From an uncultured Candidatus Rokubacteria bacterium (GTDB lineage: Bacteria; Methylomirabilota; Methylomirabilia; Rokubacteriales; DASRDR01), in NCBI GenBank assembly GCA_963708025.1, contig CAVPSB010000016.1:1-64000 (forward strand): 64,000 nt of DNA. The letters are read 5' to 3'. The notes beneath the pieces are model-generated. The model saw nothing but the letters and a program-made list of their open reading frames with translations, ran no database searches and had not been told where the DNA came from. Positions within the stretch are counted from its first letter, which is position 1. Each line of letters opens with the position of its first letter. The translations under genes were made by a program, and so were the position numbers. Of the stretch, positions 39,547-49,279 are shown one piece after another.

Positions 39547-40362
39547 TCAGTACGTGAAGACGTCCTCTCGCCGATGCTGCAGCGCCGGCAGCGACTGCCG
39601 GATCCGCTCCTGCTCGCCGAAGTCGGCGTCGGCGATGATCACGCCCTCCCGGTACCCGGCTCGGGCCCGGACGACGCCCCACGGGTCCACCACCATCGCG
39701 TTCCCGTAGCAGACGTTGGCGGGAGGGTGCGGCCCGCACTGGGCGGCGGCGAGCACCCAGACCTGGTTCTCGATCGCCCGCGCCCGCAGCAGGACCTCCC
39801 AGTGGTCCTTGCCGGTGTCCATCGTGAAGGCCGAGGGCACCGTGACCAGCCGCGCGCCCTGCGCCGCCAGACGGCGGTAGAGCTCCGGGAACCGGAGGTC
39901 GTAGCAGATGGAGAGCCCGACCGGCGCCCGCCCGAGCTGGGTCACCACCGTCTCGGCGCCGGGGGCGATCGTCGCCGACTCCTGGTAGGTCTTGCCGTCG
40001 ACTTCCACGTCGAAGAGGTGGAGCTTGCGGTAGCGCGCCACCAGGTCCCCGTCCGGGCTCACCGTGATACTGGTGTTGAAGAAGCGCTCCGAACCCTCGA
40101 CCGCCTCCAGGTACGAGCCGCCGACCAGCCAGAAGCGGTACCGCGAGGCCCACCGGCCCAGCAGCTCGGAGGTCTCCCCGGGGATCGGCTCCGCCACCTC
40201 GGCGTGGCGCTTGCGGGGGCCAAGGTAGGTCCACAGCTCGGGCAGGACGACGAGGTCCGGGCCCCAGGCGGCGGCCTGGGCCACGAGCCCCTCGGCCCGC
40301 TCGAGGTTCACCGCCTTGTCATCCTGACTGTTCATCTGCACGAGCGCGACGCGCACGGGCAC
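39547..40362 (-). CDS. Carbon-nitrogen hydrolase, Nit1/deaminated glutathione amidase-like
   Basis: LPE, YRKLHLFD, ICYDLRFPE, TGKDHWEVLLRARAIEN. Confidence 0.9.
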   Translation of the reverse strand: MPVRVALVQMNSQDDKAVNLERAEGLVAQAAAWGPDLVVLPELWTYLGPRKRHAEVAEPIPGETSELLGRWASRYRFWLVGGSYLEAVEGSERFFNTSITVSPDGDLVARYRKLHLFDVEVDGKTYQESATIAPGAETVVTQLGRAPVGLSICYDLRFPELYRRLAAQGARLVTVPSAFTMDTGKDHWEVLLRARAIENQVWVLAAAQCGPHPPANVCYGNAMVVDPWGVVRARAGYREGVIIADADFGEQERIRQSLPALQHRREDVFTY

Positions 40363-40497
40363 CTCCTGGGATCAGGGTGAAGTACCAGCATGGTAGCGCA
40401 CGCGACCGGCCCTGGCCAGCCTTCGTGGCGCCGGCTCAGTGCCCGCAAAGACCCCCCGGATGTTCTCAGAGAGCGTGGAAGGAATCGGGGCCTCCTG

Positions 40498-40556
40498 CTC
40501 CCCCCTCCCCCAGTGGGTGGGGGAGGGGGGCTGGGGGGTGGGAGGGAGGTCCCGAA
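40498..40556 (+). repeat. G/C-tract REP-like element family B, copy 1
   Basis: CCCCCCTCCCCC-GTGGGT-GGGGGAGGGGGG...GGGAGGTCCCGAA; also at 48046-48110 (minus) and 60489-60548. Confidence 0.85.
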
Positions 40557-40560
40557 GATC

Positions 40561-41700
40561 TCAGTGGACGGAGAGAGGGACCGGGGGCAGGAGCAGGAAC
40601 AATAGGATGAGCGCGAAGACGCCGAGCGCCTGCCGCTTCCCGTCCAGGGGGGTGATGTCGTCCATCGGGGGTCCGTGCTGGAAGCCCATGAGCCCGACGA
40701 TCAGCGCGGACCAGATCAGCCAGGTCGGACTGCCGAAGTAGAGGCCGACCGCCATGAGGCAGCCGACCGCCAGCTTCGAGATCAGGGCATGCCGCCGTCC
40801 CCACATCGCGTAGACCAGGTGGCCGCCGTCGAGCTGACCGGCCGGGATCAGGTTCAGCGCCGTGACGAAGAAGCCGAACCAGCCGGCGACGCCGACCGGG
40901 TCGAGCAGCAGGACCTGGTCGTCGCCCAGTGGGCCGAAGACGAGCCGCTGGATGAGCAGGAGGAGCAGGGAATCGCCCAGCTCCACCCCGCCCTCGGTCA
41001 GGCCGGCCGACGGGAGGATGGTCGATCGCCACAGCCCGTAGACGAAGATGGGCACCGCCAGGACCATCCCGGCCAGCGGGCCGGCCACCGCCATGTCGAA
41101 GAGCGCCCGGCGATCGCGCGCCGGGCCGCGCAAGCGGATCACCGCGCCGAGCGTGCCGACCGGAAACAACGGCGGCGGAGCGGGAATGAAGTAGGGCAGG
41201 CTGATCGGCATCCCGTGCCGGCGGCCGAGCGTATAGTGGCCGAACTCGTGGACGGTCAGGATCGACAGCAGGGAGGCGGCGAACGGAAGCCCCACCAGCA
41301 AGCGACTGGGATGCGCCACCAGCTCCGACAGGGGCACGCTGGGCCAGGCCCCGGCCAGGAGCGTCGTGACGACAGTCGCCAGGAAGAGCGCGAGGTGAAG
41401 CCACGGATTCGAGCGATCCGTCACCGCCGCCCGCGGCAGGGTGTAGAGCCAGGTCATCCCGCCTTCCTGGCGGAGGAAAGGGGTGTACCCCTGCGGCTCC
41501 AGCCGGCCACGCAGGACGTCGATCGCGGCGGCCGGCGGCAGCCGGAGGTGACCGCCGAACGCGAGTGACCGCCCCAAGAGCTGGCGCTGCTCGATGGCGA
41601 GGACGTCCTCGACCTGGCCCCGGAGCAGGGCCTCCAGCGGGAGCAGGTCTTCCCAGCGCGGGGGCGCTTCAGGCGGGCGGCGGCGGGGCCAGAATCGCAC
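40561..41700 (-). CDS. Site-2 protease (M50 metalloprotease)
   Basis: HEFGH, AGP and NLIPAGQLDGG motifs; hydrophobic segments. Confidence 0.92.
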   Translation of the reverse strand: MRFWPRRRPPEAPPRWEDLLPLEALLRGQVEDVLAIEQRQLLGRSLAFGGHLRLPPAAAIDVLRGRLEPQGYTPFLRQEGGMTWLYTLPRAAVTDRSNPWLHLALFLATVVTTLLAGAWPSVPLSELVAHPSRLLVGLPFAASLLSILTVHEFGHYTLGRRHGMPISLPYFIPAPPPLFPVGTLGAVIRLRGPARDRRALFDMAVAGPLAGMVLAVPIFVYGLWRSTILPSAGLTEGGVELGDSLLLLLIQRLVFGPLGDDQVLLLDPVGVAGWFGFFVTALNLIPAGQLDGGHLVYAMWGRRHALISKLAVGCLMAVGLYFGSPTWLIWSALIVGLMGFQHGPPMDDITPLDGKRQALGVFALILLFLLLPPVPLSVH

Positions 41701-43384
41701 GTGCAGGCAGCCTCGCCGTCACGGTACCACGGCTTTCCGGGGCCAACAACGCGCCGAGCGCCTTTCGCTCCGCGCAGGCGAGCGTCGTCAGCTCGATCGA
41801 GCCGACCGGACCCGTCCACGTCAGCTCGTGGCGGCCGGCGGTGAGCCGGACCAGGCCCGGCGGGACCGGTTCTCCGTCGATGCTCACGCGGAGCGCGGGG
41901 CTCGCCGTCAGCCGGTACGTCTCGCCGTGGAGCAGGTCCACCGAGGCCCGGCCACCGTCGCCGGGCGGCGTCTCGCGAATCGCCACGCCGGCCACCAGGA
42001 GTCCCCCGGGCATCGCCACGTAGTGACGGCGGAGGAACTCCTTCATCGGCCCGACCAGCGCCTCGAGCCGCGTGTCGGGATACGCCACGCGCGGCCGGGC
42101 CTCGCGGGCATCGTCCACGAACCGTTCCTCGGGAATCTTCCCCTCGGCGATCCACTTCCGGATGCCCCGGATCAGGACGCGGTAGCGATAGGCGGCCGGG
42201 CGGAAGACGGCGAGCGCGGTGCCATCCAGCACCGGCTCCCCCTGGCACGTGTGGGCGAGGAGCTGTCGCACGACGTCGAGCTGGCCCGAGTTGCGGTTCA
42301 CGACCGCCGTCTGGATGGAGATCGTCGCCGGGCCGACCAGCCCGATCAGCACGGCGAGCGCCGCCACCACCCGGGGCCCGGCCAGCGCGGCGGCCAGCGC
42401 GTGCCCGGCGTAGACGGCGGCGCCCGCCACCACCGGAAGCCAGGCGTGCCGGTAGACCGCGGGGGTGGTGGGCAGGAGCAGCGCCACCGTCGCTCCCAGC
42501 ACGGGCGCCAGCACCGCCGGGTGCACCGGGTGGTCGAGCAGCGTGCGGCCCTCGCGCCGGACGGCGATGGCCAGGCCGACCACGGCCAGGGCGAGGAAGC
42601 CGAAGCCCTCCTCGCTCACCGGCGCCTCTTTGGTGAAGTCGGCGAACTCGAGGGCGCTCGCCAGGACGTGCTCCCGGAAGCCGTACAGCGCCGTCGAGCC
42701 GCCGTGAAGCCAGAGCCCGCCGAAAAGCGCCAGGAGCGGGGCGGCGGCGCCGGCGGCGAGGCGCGCCCAGCCGGCCAGGACCCGGCCCACCGGATCCCGT
42801 CCCCGCCGCCACCCGACGACAAGGAGGACGGCCGCCACGCCCGGCGCCTCGTACACCGCCTTGGGCGTGAAGGCAACCGCCACCCCGAGCGCGAGACCCG
42901 CCGCCCAGAGCCAGCCCGGCCGTCGGGACTCCTGCCAGCGCACGATCGCCAGGAACGCGGCCAGCGAGAAGACGAGCGCCGGCCCGTCCGGTCGCACCTC
43001 GACCGTGAGCTCCACGAAGCGCGGCAGGAAGGCGAGCAGCGCCACCGCCGCCAGCGCCGTCCCGGTCGACAGCCGGCGCCCGAGCCGGTAGACGAGGCCG
43101 AGCGCCACGACCGCCATCAGCGCCATCAGCGTCCGGCCGGCGAAGTACACCGCTGGGCTTTCGGCGAAGGCGCGGGTGAGCGGCGCGAGCAGGTAGTAGA
43201 GGAGGGGACTGTGGTGCTCCCAGAACTCGGCGAACGGCACCCGGCCCTGACCCACCAGCCAGGCCGCCTGGAGATGCTGGCTCTCGTCCGGGTTCAGTGC
43301 CTTGTTGGCGACGGTGCCGATCCACACCAGGGCGGCCGGGGCCAGGAGCGCGAGCGCCGCCCGACGTGGGAGGGACGGCGTCAA
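41669..43384 (-). CDS. GT39/ArnT-like membrane glycosyltransferase
   Basis: 'NPDESQH...EHHSPL...EVRPD', many TM helices; TTG start overlaps the upstream stop. Confidence 0.7.
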   Translation of the reverse strand: MTPSLPRRAALALLAPAALVWIGTVANKALNPDESQHLQAAWLVGQGRVPFAEFWEHHSPLLYYLLAPLTRAFAESPAVYFAGRTLMALMAVVALGLVYRLGRRLSTGTALAAVALLAFLPRFVELTVEVRPDGPALVFSLAAFLAIVRWQESRRPGWLWAAGLALGVAVAFTPKAVYEAPGVAAVLLVVGWRRGRDPVGRVLAGWARLAAGAAAPLLALFGGLWLHGGSTALYGFREHVLASALEFADFTKEAPVSEEGFGFLALAVVGLAIAVRREGRTLLDHPVHPAVLAPVLGATVALLLPTTPAVYRHAWLPVVAGAAVYAGHALAAALAGPRVVAALAVLIGLVGPATISIQTAVVNRNSGQLDVVRQLLAHTCQGEPVLDGTALAVFRPAAYRYRVLIRGIRKWIAEGKIPEERFVDDAREARPRVAYPDTRLEALVGPMKEFLRRHYVAMPGGLLVAGVAIRETPPGDGGRASVDLLHGETYRLTASPALRVSIDGEPVPPGLVRLTAGRHELTWTGPVGSIELTTLACAERKALGALLAPESRGTVTARLPARAILAPPPPA

Positions 43385-44886
43385 CGACAGTGACCGGCGC
43401 CTTCCGGCAGCAGCACGAAGCGCACCCGCAGCGTCTGCCTCCGGGAGAAGTGATACCGCGCCTCGGCGAGTCGGACCGGCGCGTCGTCGCCGAGCGTCAC
43501 CCCGAGGGCGACGGCGAGCCACCTCCGCAACTGGTGGGGGACGGTCTCGTCCCGCTCCTTGTCCCACGCGACGAGGCACTGACCGCTCCCCCGGCGGGGC
43601 GGGAGATAGTCCGGGTTGGCCAGCCGGATCACGCGCGAGACGGGAAACGCCAGTCGCAGGTTGCCGGCCAGCGATCCCTCGCCGACCACGATCGTGCCCC
43701 GGGTGAACCCCGCCGCCCGGAGCTGGGCGGCGATCCGGTCGTAGGGGGCGTTCAGGTGCGAGGCGTTGCCGAGCTGGTCTCCGCGGAAGACGTTGACGGC
43801 GAAGGTCACCAGGACCAGCAGCTCGGCCGCAACCAGCACGGCGGTCAGCCGCCGGACCCGGACGGCGTCGGCCCGGCCGTCCACGCGCGCGAGGAAGTAG
43901 AGCGGGAAGAGGAAGAAGGCCGGCAGGAACCACCGAAACTTGAGGTAGGTCAGCCCGCCGAAGAGCGCGCCGGCCAGGAGGATGCCGAACTCGGCCAGGA
44001 AGAAGCGTCCGATGAGCCGGTACCCGGCCGGGGGCGCCGCCGGCGCTCCCCGGCGTCGCCAGGCCGCGGGAAAGAGGGCGAGGAAGACGATCCAGAGGGG
44101 CGTCAGGTAGTAGAGGCTGACCCGGACCATGTAGTAAATGGCGGAGGCGAGGCCCTGGAGGTACGGCTCCGGAGTGCCCGGGTCCACCTCCTCCGCGTAG
44201 ATCCGCGTGATCGAGAAGGCGCGCTGGTAGAACCAGACCCCGTAGGGCAGGAGAAGGAGCGCCGCCACCGCCAGCGTCAGCCCGATGCGCGGGTCCCGCA
44301 GCCGGGCGCGGAAGCGATCCACGGTGAGGGCCCCGATCAGCATGGCGCCGGCGAAGAGCGAGAAGCTGAACTTGGAGAGGAGCCCGAGCCCGAGCGTCAG
44401 GCCCAGGGCCAGGTACGTTCCCGTGCTGCCGGTGGCCTCGAGCCGGAGGAGGACGTAGAACATCGCGGCCGCCGCGGCGAGGGCGGTCAGGCTGTGGGTC
44501 AGCGCCTCGTGGACGACCCAATTGATGGGCACGATCAGCCAGAGTGACAGCGCGGCCAGCGCGGCGAGCGGCGGCTGGCTCACGATCCGCCGGGCGCTCA
44601 GGTAGACGAACAGGTAGGCGACCCCGAGGACGGCGTACTTGACGACGGTCAGGCCGGCGACGCCCGGGCCGAAGAGCTGGAAGGCGACCCAGACGAGCCA
44701 GTTGTAGAGCGGCGGCTGGCGGGAGAGGTACCCCCACTCGAGCGTCTGCGCGAGCACGGCCTCGCGGGAGTCGTCGATCGTCAGGATCGGCGAGAGCCCG
44801 ACGCGCAGGAGGACGTGGGCCAGGCCGTACGCGGCCAGGAGGGCCACGAAGCCGAGAGGCCGCCACCAAACCACGCCGCGCGCCAC
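43381..44886 (-). CDS. GT39/ArnT-like membrane glycosyltransferase
   Basis: 'DDSRE...WGY..QPPLYNWL...GLLSKF', many TM helices. Confidence 0.78.
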   Translation of the reverse strand: MARGVVWWRPLGFVALLAAYGLAHVLLRVGLSPILTIDDSREAVLAQTLEWGYLSRQPPLYNWLVWVAFQLFGPGVAGLTVVKYAVLGVAYLFVYLSARRIVSQPPLAALAALSLWLIVPINWVVHEALTHSLTALAAAAAMFYVLLRLEATGSTGTYLALGLTLGLGLLSKFSFSLFAGAMLIGALTVDRFRARLRDPRIGLTLAVAALLLLPYGVWFYQRAFSITRIYAEEVDPGTPEPYLQGLASAIYYMVRVSLYYLTPLWIVFLALFPAAWRRRGAPAAPPAGYRLIGRFFLAEFGILLAGALFGGLTYLKFRWFLPAFFLFPLYFLARVDGRADAVRVRRLTAVLVAAELLVLVTFAVNVFRGDQLGNASHLNAPYDRIAAQLRAAGFTRGTIVVGEGSLAGNLRLAFPVSRVIRLANPDYLPPRRGSGQCLVAWDKERDETVPHQLRRWLAVALGVTLGDDAPVRLAEARYHFSRRQTLRVRFVLLPEGAGHCR

Positions 44887-44956
44887 ACCGCGGGCGGCGG
44901 GGCCGGCCGTCGATCCCGGGACCGGCGTCGAGGCCGTCAGGGGACCGCCTCCCCCG

Positions 44957-45409
44957 CTACGCCGCGGGGCCGTCGACGAGCCGGGCGATCAGCGCCTTCG
45001 CAGGCGGGAGCCCGCCGTCGAGGTAGAGGGCGGCCAGCAGGGCCTCCAACGCCGTGGCCAGGATCGATTCCTTCTGCCGCCCCCCGCCCTGCTCCTCGCC
45101 GCGGCCCAGGTAGAGCTCGGCGGGCAGGTCGAGACGGACCGCCCACACGGCCAGGTTCGACGCCGAGACGAGGGCAGCCCGTCGCTGGGTCAGGGGGCCG
45201 GCGCCGTCCAGGGGGGCCCGGGCGGCCAGCAGCTCGGCCACCACCAGCCCCAGCACCGCATCGCCGAGGAAGGCCAGGGCCTCGTTGTGGGACGCGGGGG
45301 GATGCTCGTGAGCGTACGAGGGATGCGTGAGGGCGCGGAGGAGCAGCTCGGGGTCACCGAACGCGTGGCCGATCCGGCCCTCGAGCTCCCCCAGCGGAGT
45401 CGGCCCCAC
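44957..45409 (-). CDS. rnc: RNase III-family catalytic domain only, degenerate active site
   Basis: ALTHPSY, NEALAFLGDAVL, LGRGE, EALLAALYLDGG; sits downstream of fabF; no dsRBD. Confidence 0.75.
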   Translation of the reverse strand: MGPTPLGELEGRIGHAFGDPELLLRALTHPSYAHEHPPASHNEALAFLGDAVLGLVVAELLAARAPLDGAGPLTQRRAALVSASNLAVWAVRLDLPAELYLGRGEEQGGGRQKESILATALEALLAALYLDGGLPPAKALIARLVDGPAA

Positions 45410-45430
45410 GGCTGTGGCTGTGCTAGCTCC

Positions 45431-45681
45431 CGCCGGGCCGAGACCCGAGCAGCCCTAGGACGCAGGAAGGAGGCGGGCCGAGGCGTATGCCGCGATTGAT
45501 CACCTGGTCGCGACGGCTCGGGCCTGCGGCCCTCGCGACGTCGCTCCCTTGTGGGAGGCCCGCCGACGACCGAGGACGACCATAGGCCGGGACGTCCGCC
45601 CCCAGGCCGAAGGCCGTCCAATCGCCGCAGGCCGAGCGCGTCACGGCCGAGACGAAGGTTGCGACGGGTATCGGCACGGCG
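45431..45681 (-). repeat. Dispersed structured hairpin element family A, copy 3 (expanded, 251 bp)
   Basis: Same termini and GAGCAGCCCTAGGACGCAGG / GACGACCGAGGACGAC blocks, with internal insertions. Confidence 0.85.
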
Positions 45682-45682
45682 G

Positions 45683-46942
45683 CTACTCCTTGTAGCGACG
45701 GAACGCGAGCGTGGCGTTCGTCCCGCCGAAGCCGAACCCGTTGGAGATCGCCACCTCCACCTGCACCTTCCGGGCCGTGTTGGGGACGTAGTCCAGGTCA
45801 CACTCGGGGTCCGCCACCTCGTAGTTGATCGTCGGCGGCAGGATGCCGTGGTGCAGCGCCAGCACCGTCACGACGGCCTCGGCCCCGCCGGCCGCCCCCA
45901 GGAGGTGCCCGATCATCGACTTCGTGGACGAGACGGCCAGCCGGTAGGCGTGCTCGCCGAAGACGCGCTTGATCGCGAGCGTCTCGGTCTTGTCGTTGTA
46001 CTCGGTGGAGGTGCCGTGGGCGTTGATGTATCCCACCGACTCCGGGGCGAGCCCCCCGTCGGCCAGGGCCGCCGCCATGGCCCGGGTGGCGCCGTCGCCG
46101 TCGGGGTCGGGCGCGGTCATGTGATGGGCGTCGGCGGTCATGCCATAGCCCATGACCTCGGCGTAGATGCGGGCGCCCCGGCGGCGGGCGTGGTCCAGGC
46201 TTTCCAGGGCCAGCACGCCGGCGCCCTCCCCGCACACGAAGCCATCGCGCCCGGCGTCGAAGGGCCGGGAGGCGCGCTCGGGCTCGTCGTTCCGGGTCGA
46301 GAGCGCCTTCATCGAACAGAAGCCGGCCATGCACAGCTCGTTGATCATCGCCTCCGAGCCGCCGGCCAGCATCAGATCGGCCTCGCCCCGCTGGATGATC
46401 CGGCAGGCGTCGCCGATCGCGTGGTTGCCGGTCGCGCAGGCGGTGATCACCGCGGAGTTCGGTCCCTTGAGCTTGTAGCGCAGCGAGAGCTGGCCGGAGG
46501 CCATGTTGACGATGACGGCAGGGATGAAGAAAGGCGAGATGCGCCCCGGCCCCTTCTCCAGCAGGACCTTGTGCCACTCCAGGATGGTGTAGACGCCGCC
46601 AATGCCCGAGCCCACCACGCAGCCGGCCCGGGTCGGATCCACCGCGTCGAAGTCGATCTTCGCGTCCTCCACCGCCTCGGCGCCGGCCGCCAGGGTGAAG
46701 TGGATGAAGCGATCCATCTTCTTGACGTCCTTCTTGTCCACGAAGCGGAGCGGATCGAAGCCCTTGACCTCGCCGGCGATGCGCGCGTCCAGCCGCTGGG
46801 GGTCGAAGTGCGTGACCGGCCCGATGCCGGAGCGCCCCTCGCAGACCGCGGTCCAGAAATCCCGGGCCGTGTTCCCGACCGGCGTGACCGCGCCGACACC
46901 GGTGACGACCACCCGTCGCTTGCCGCCGTCCACCCCCATCAC
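45683..46942 (-). CDS. fabF: Beta-ketoacyl-ACP synthase II
   Basis: [31 protein letters not shown]. Confidence 0.96.
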   Translation of the reverse strand: MMGVDGGKRRVVVTGVGAVTPVGNTARDFWTAVCEGRSGIGPVTHFDPQRLDARIAGEVKGFDPLRFVDKKDVKKMDRFIHFTLAAGAEAVEDAKIDFDAVDPTRAGCVVGSGIGGVYTILEWHKVLLEKGPGRISPFFIPAVIVNMASGQLSLRYKLKGPNSAVITACATGNHAIGDACRIIQRGEADLMLAGGSEAMINELCMAGFCSMKALSTRNDEPERASRPFDAGRDGFVCGEGAGVLALESLDHARRRGARIYAEVMGYGMTADAHHMTAPDPDGDGATRAMAAALADGGLAPESVGYINAHGTSTEYNDKTETLAIKRVFGEHAYRLAVSSTKSMIGHLLGAAGGAEAVVTVLALHHGILPPTINYEVADPECDLDYVPNTARKVQVEVAISNGFGFGGTNATLAFRRYKE

Positions 46943-46961
46943 CCCGCTTTCACGCCGAGCC

Positions 46962-47201
46962 TCAGGAGTTCTCCTTGATGTACTGGATGGCGTCCCCCAC
47001 GGTCGTGATCTTCTCGGCGTCCTCGTCCGGGATCTCGAGGTCGAATTCCTCCTCGAAGGCCATCACCAGCTCCACCGTGTCCAGGGAGTCGGCCCCGAGG
47101 TCCTCGATGAACTTCGCGGCCGGGGTCACCTCGCTCTCCTCGACCCCGAGCTGCTCGCAGATGATCTCCTTCACCCGCTCCTCAACGGACTTCGTGGTCA
47201 T
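46962..47201 (-). CDS. acpP: Acyl carrier protein
   Basis: [20 protein letters not shown]. Confidence 0.97.
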   Translation of the reverse strand: MTTKSVEERVKEIICEQLGVEESEVTPAAKFIEDLGADSLDTVELVMAFEEEFDLEIPDEDAEKITTVGDAIQYIKENS

Positions 47202-47315
47202 GACCGAGCCCCCTCCTCCTCAATCGGGCCGGAGGGGAGCTGCGCGCTCCTCCCCCGGGCCCCCCCTCCGGGTTTCTCCTCGCTCACGCGTCTCATGCGA
47301 TGGGCTCCCAGGCTC

Positions 47316-48045
47316 TCACATGTACAGTCCGCCGTTCACGTGAATGACCTGGCCCGTGATGTAGGAGGCCCCGTCCGACGCCAGGAACCGTACGACCTCC
47401 GCCACCTCGCCGGGCATCCCGATCCGCTTCAACGGGATCTGGGCCACGTAGCTCTCGCGCGTCTCGGCCGAGAGGGTGGCGCTCATGTCCGTCTCGATCA
47501 GGCCGGGCGCGACCGCGTTCACCAGGATACCCCAGTGCGCCAGCTCCCGGGCAGTGGACTTCGTGAGGCCGATCAGCCCCGCCTTGGCCGCCGAGTAGTT
47601 GGCCTGGCCGGCGGTGCCCATGGCCCCCGCCGTCGAGGCGATGTTCACGATCCGGCCGGCGCGCTGCCGCATCATGATCCGGGCGACCGCGCGCGTGGCC
47701 TGGAACGCCCCCGCAGGTTGACGCCGAGCACCTCGTCCCAGTCGGCGTCCTTCATCCGGATCAGGAGGCCGTCCCGCGTGACGCCGGCGTTGTTCACGAG
47801 GAGGTCGATGCGCCCGAAGCGCTCCTGGGCCTGGGCGACGAGGCGCTGGACGTCCTCCCCTTTCCCATGTCGGCGACCAGACCGTGAGCTCGGGCGCCGG
47901 CCGCCTCCAGCTCGCCGGCGCTCGCCGCCACCCGCTCGGCGTCGCGGCCCGTCACCACCACGGCCCACCCGTCGCCGGCCAGTGCGCCGGCCACCGCGCG
48001 GCCGATGCCCCGGGTGCTCCCCGTCACGATCGCCACCCGGTCCAC
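47316..48045 (-). CDS. fabG: 3-oxoacyl-ACP reductase (frameshifts near 47865 and 47710)
   Basis: [32 protein letters not shown] spread over three frames. Confidence 0.9.
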
Positions 48046-48110
48046 TTTCGGGACCTCCCGCCCACCCCCCCGGCCCCCCTCCCCCACCCACTGGGGGGAG
48101 GGGGGGGGAG
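48046..48110 (-). repeat. G/C-tract REP-like element family B, copy 2 (abuts the fabG start)
   Basis: Reverse complement of the 40498 and 60489 element. Confidence 0.85.
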
Positions 48111-48303
48111 CGACCCATTCGTTCACGAGCTCTCAGTGCCTGTGAACCAATGCCGCCGGGCCTTGATCCACCCCCGTCGGCTTCTCGCAACCCTCTGCCG
48201 CTGCCCACGCGGCCGTGGCGTTCCACTCTTGGCGCGGGCTTCGCCCGCGCCTCCGCTCTGGGGGGAGGTCCGGGAGGGGGGCGCAGCCCCCCTCACGTTC
48301 ATC

Positions 48304-49248
48304 TCACGCCTCCAGCGCCGCGACCGCCTTGTCCAGGCCGGCCGGCTCGTCGATGGCATGGCCGCTGAGCGCGCCATCGATCCGCTTCAGCAGTCCGGTC
48401 AACACGCGGCCCGGGCCCACCTCGAGGAAGGTCGTCGCGCCCTCGGCGGCCATGCGGCGGACGCACTCCGTCCAGCGCACGGGCGCCGTGACCTGCTGGA
48501 CCAGGAACGGGACGACCTCCTCCGCGCGCGTCGTCACCCCGGCGTCCACGTTGCGAACCACCGGCACCCGCGGCGCCCGGGCCGCCACGCCCGCCAGCAC
48601 CGCGGTCAGCCGGTCCGCGGCCGGCGCCATGAGCCGACAGTGGAACGGCGCGCTCACCGGCAGGAGCACGCTCCGCTTCCCGCCGCGCGCGGCGGCGAGG
48701 CCGACCGCCCGCTCAACGGCGCCCTTGTGGCCCGCCACGACGACCTGGATCGGCGAGTTGACGTTGGCCACCTCCACGACCTCGCCCTCGGCGGCCTCGC
48801 GGCAGATCTCCTCGACCACCGGGAGCTCCAGCCCGAGGAGCGCGGCCATGGCCCCGGTCCCGACCGGGACCGCCTCCTGCATGAACTCGCCGCGATGGCG
48901 GACCGTGCGCAGGGCATCCGGGAAGGCCAGCGCTCCCGCCACCACCAGCGCCGAGTATTCCCCGAGGCTGTGGCCGGCGACGATCGCCGGCGCCAGGCCC
49001 CGCTCCGCGAGCACCCGCGCGACGGCGACGCTGACGGTGAGGACCGCCGGCTGCGTGTTGGCGGTGAGCTGGAGGGCCGCCTCCGGCCCCTCGAAGCAGA
49101 GCCGAGCGACGTCCAGCCCGAGGACGTCGCTGGCCTCCTCGAAGACGGCGCGGGCCGCGGCGGAGGCGTCGTGGAACGGCCGGCCCATGCCGACGGCCTG
49201 GGAGCCCTGACCCGGGAAGCAGAACGCCAGCCGCGTGTCACGCTTCAC
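48304..49248 (-). CDS. fabD: Malonyl-CoA:ACP transacylase
   Basis: FPGQGSQ, TQPA, GHSLGEY, SAPFH. Confidence 0.96.
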   Translation of the reverse strand: MKRDTRLAFCFPGQGSQAVGMGRPFHDASAAARAVFEEASDVLGLDVARLCFEGPEAALQLTANTQPAVLTVSVAVARVLAERGLAPAIVAGHSLGEYSALVVAGALAFPDALRTVRHRGEFMQEAVPVGTGAMAALLGLELPVVEEICREAAEGEVVEVANVNSPIQVVVAGHKGAVERAVGLAAARGGKRSVLLPVSAPFHCRLMAPAADRLTAVLAGVAARAPRVPVVRNVDAGVTTRAEEVVPFLVQQVTAPVRWTECVRRMAAEGATTFLEVGPGRVLTGLLKRIDGALSGHAIDEPAGLDKAVAALEA

Positions 49249-49279
49249 GGCGACCGGTCCAGGCCGTGGGGCGGAAAGG

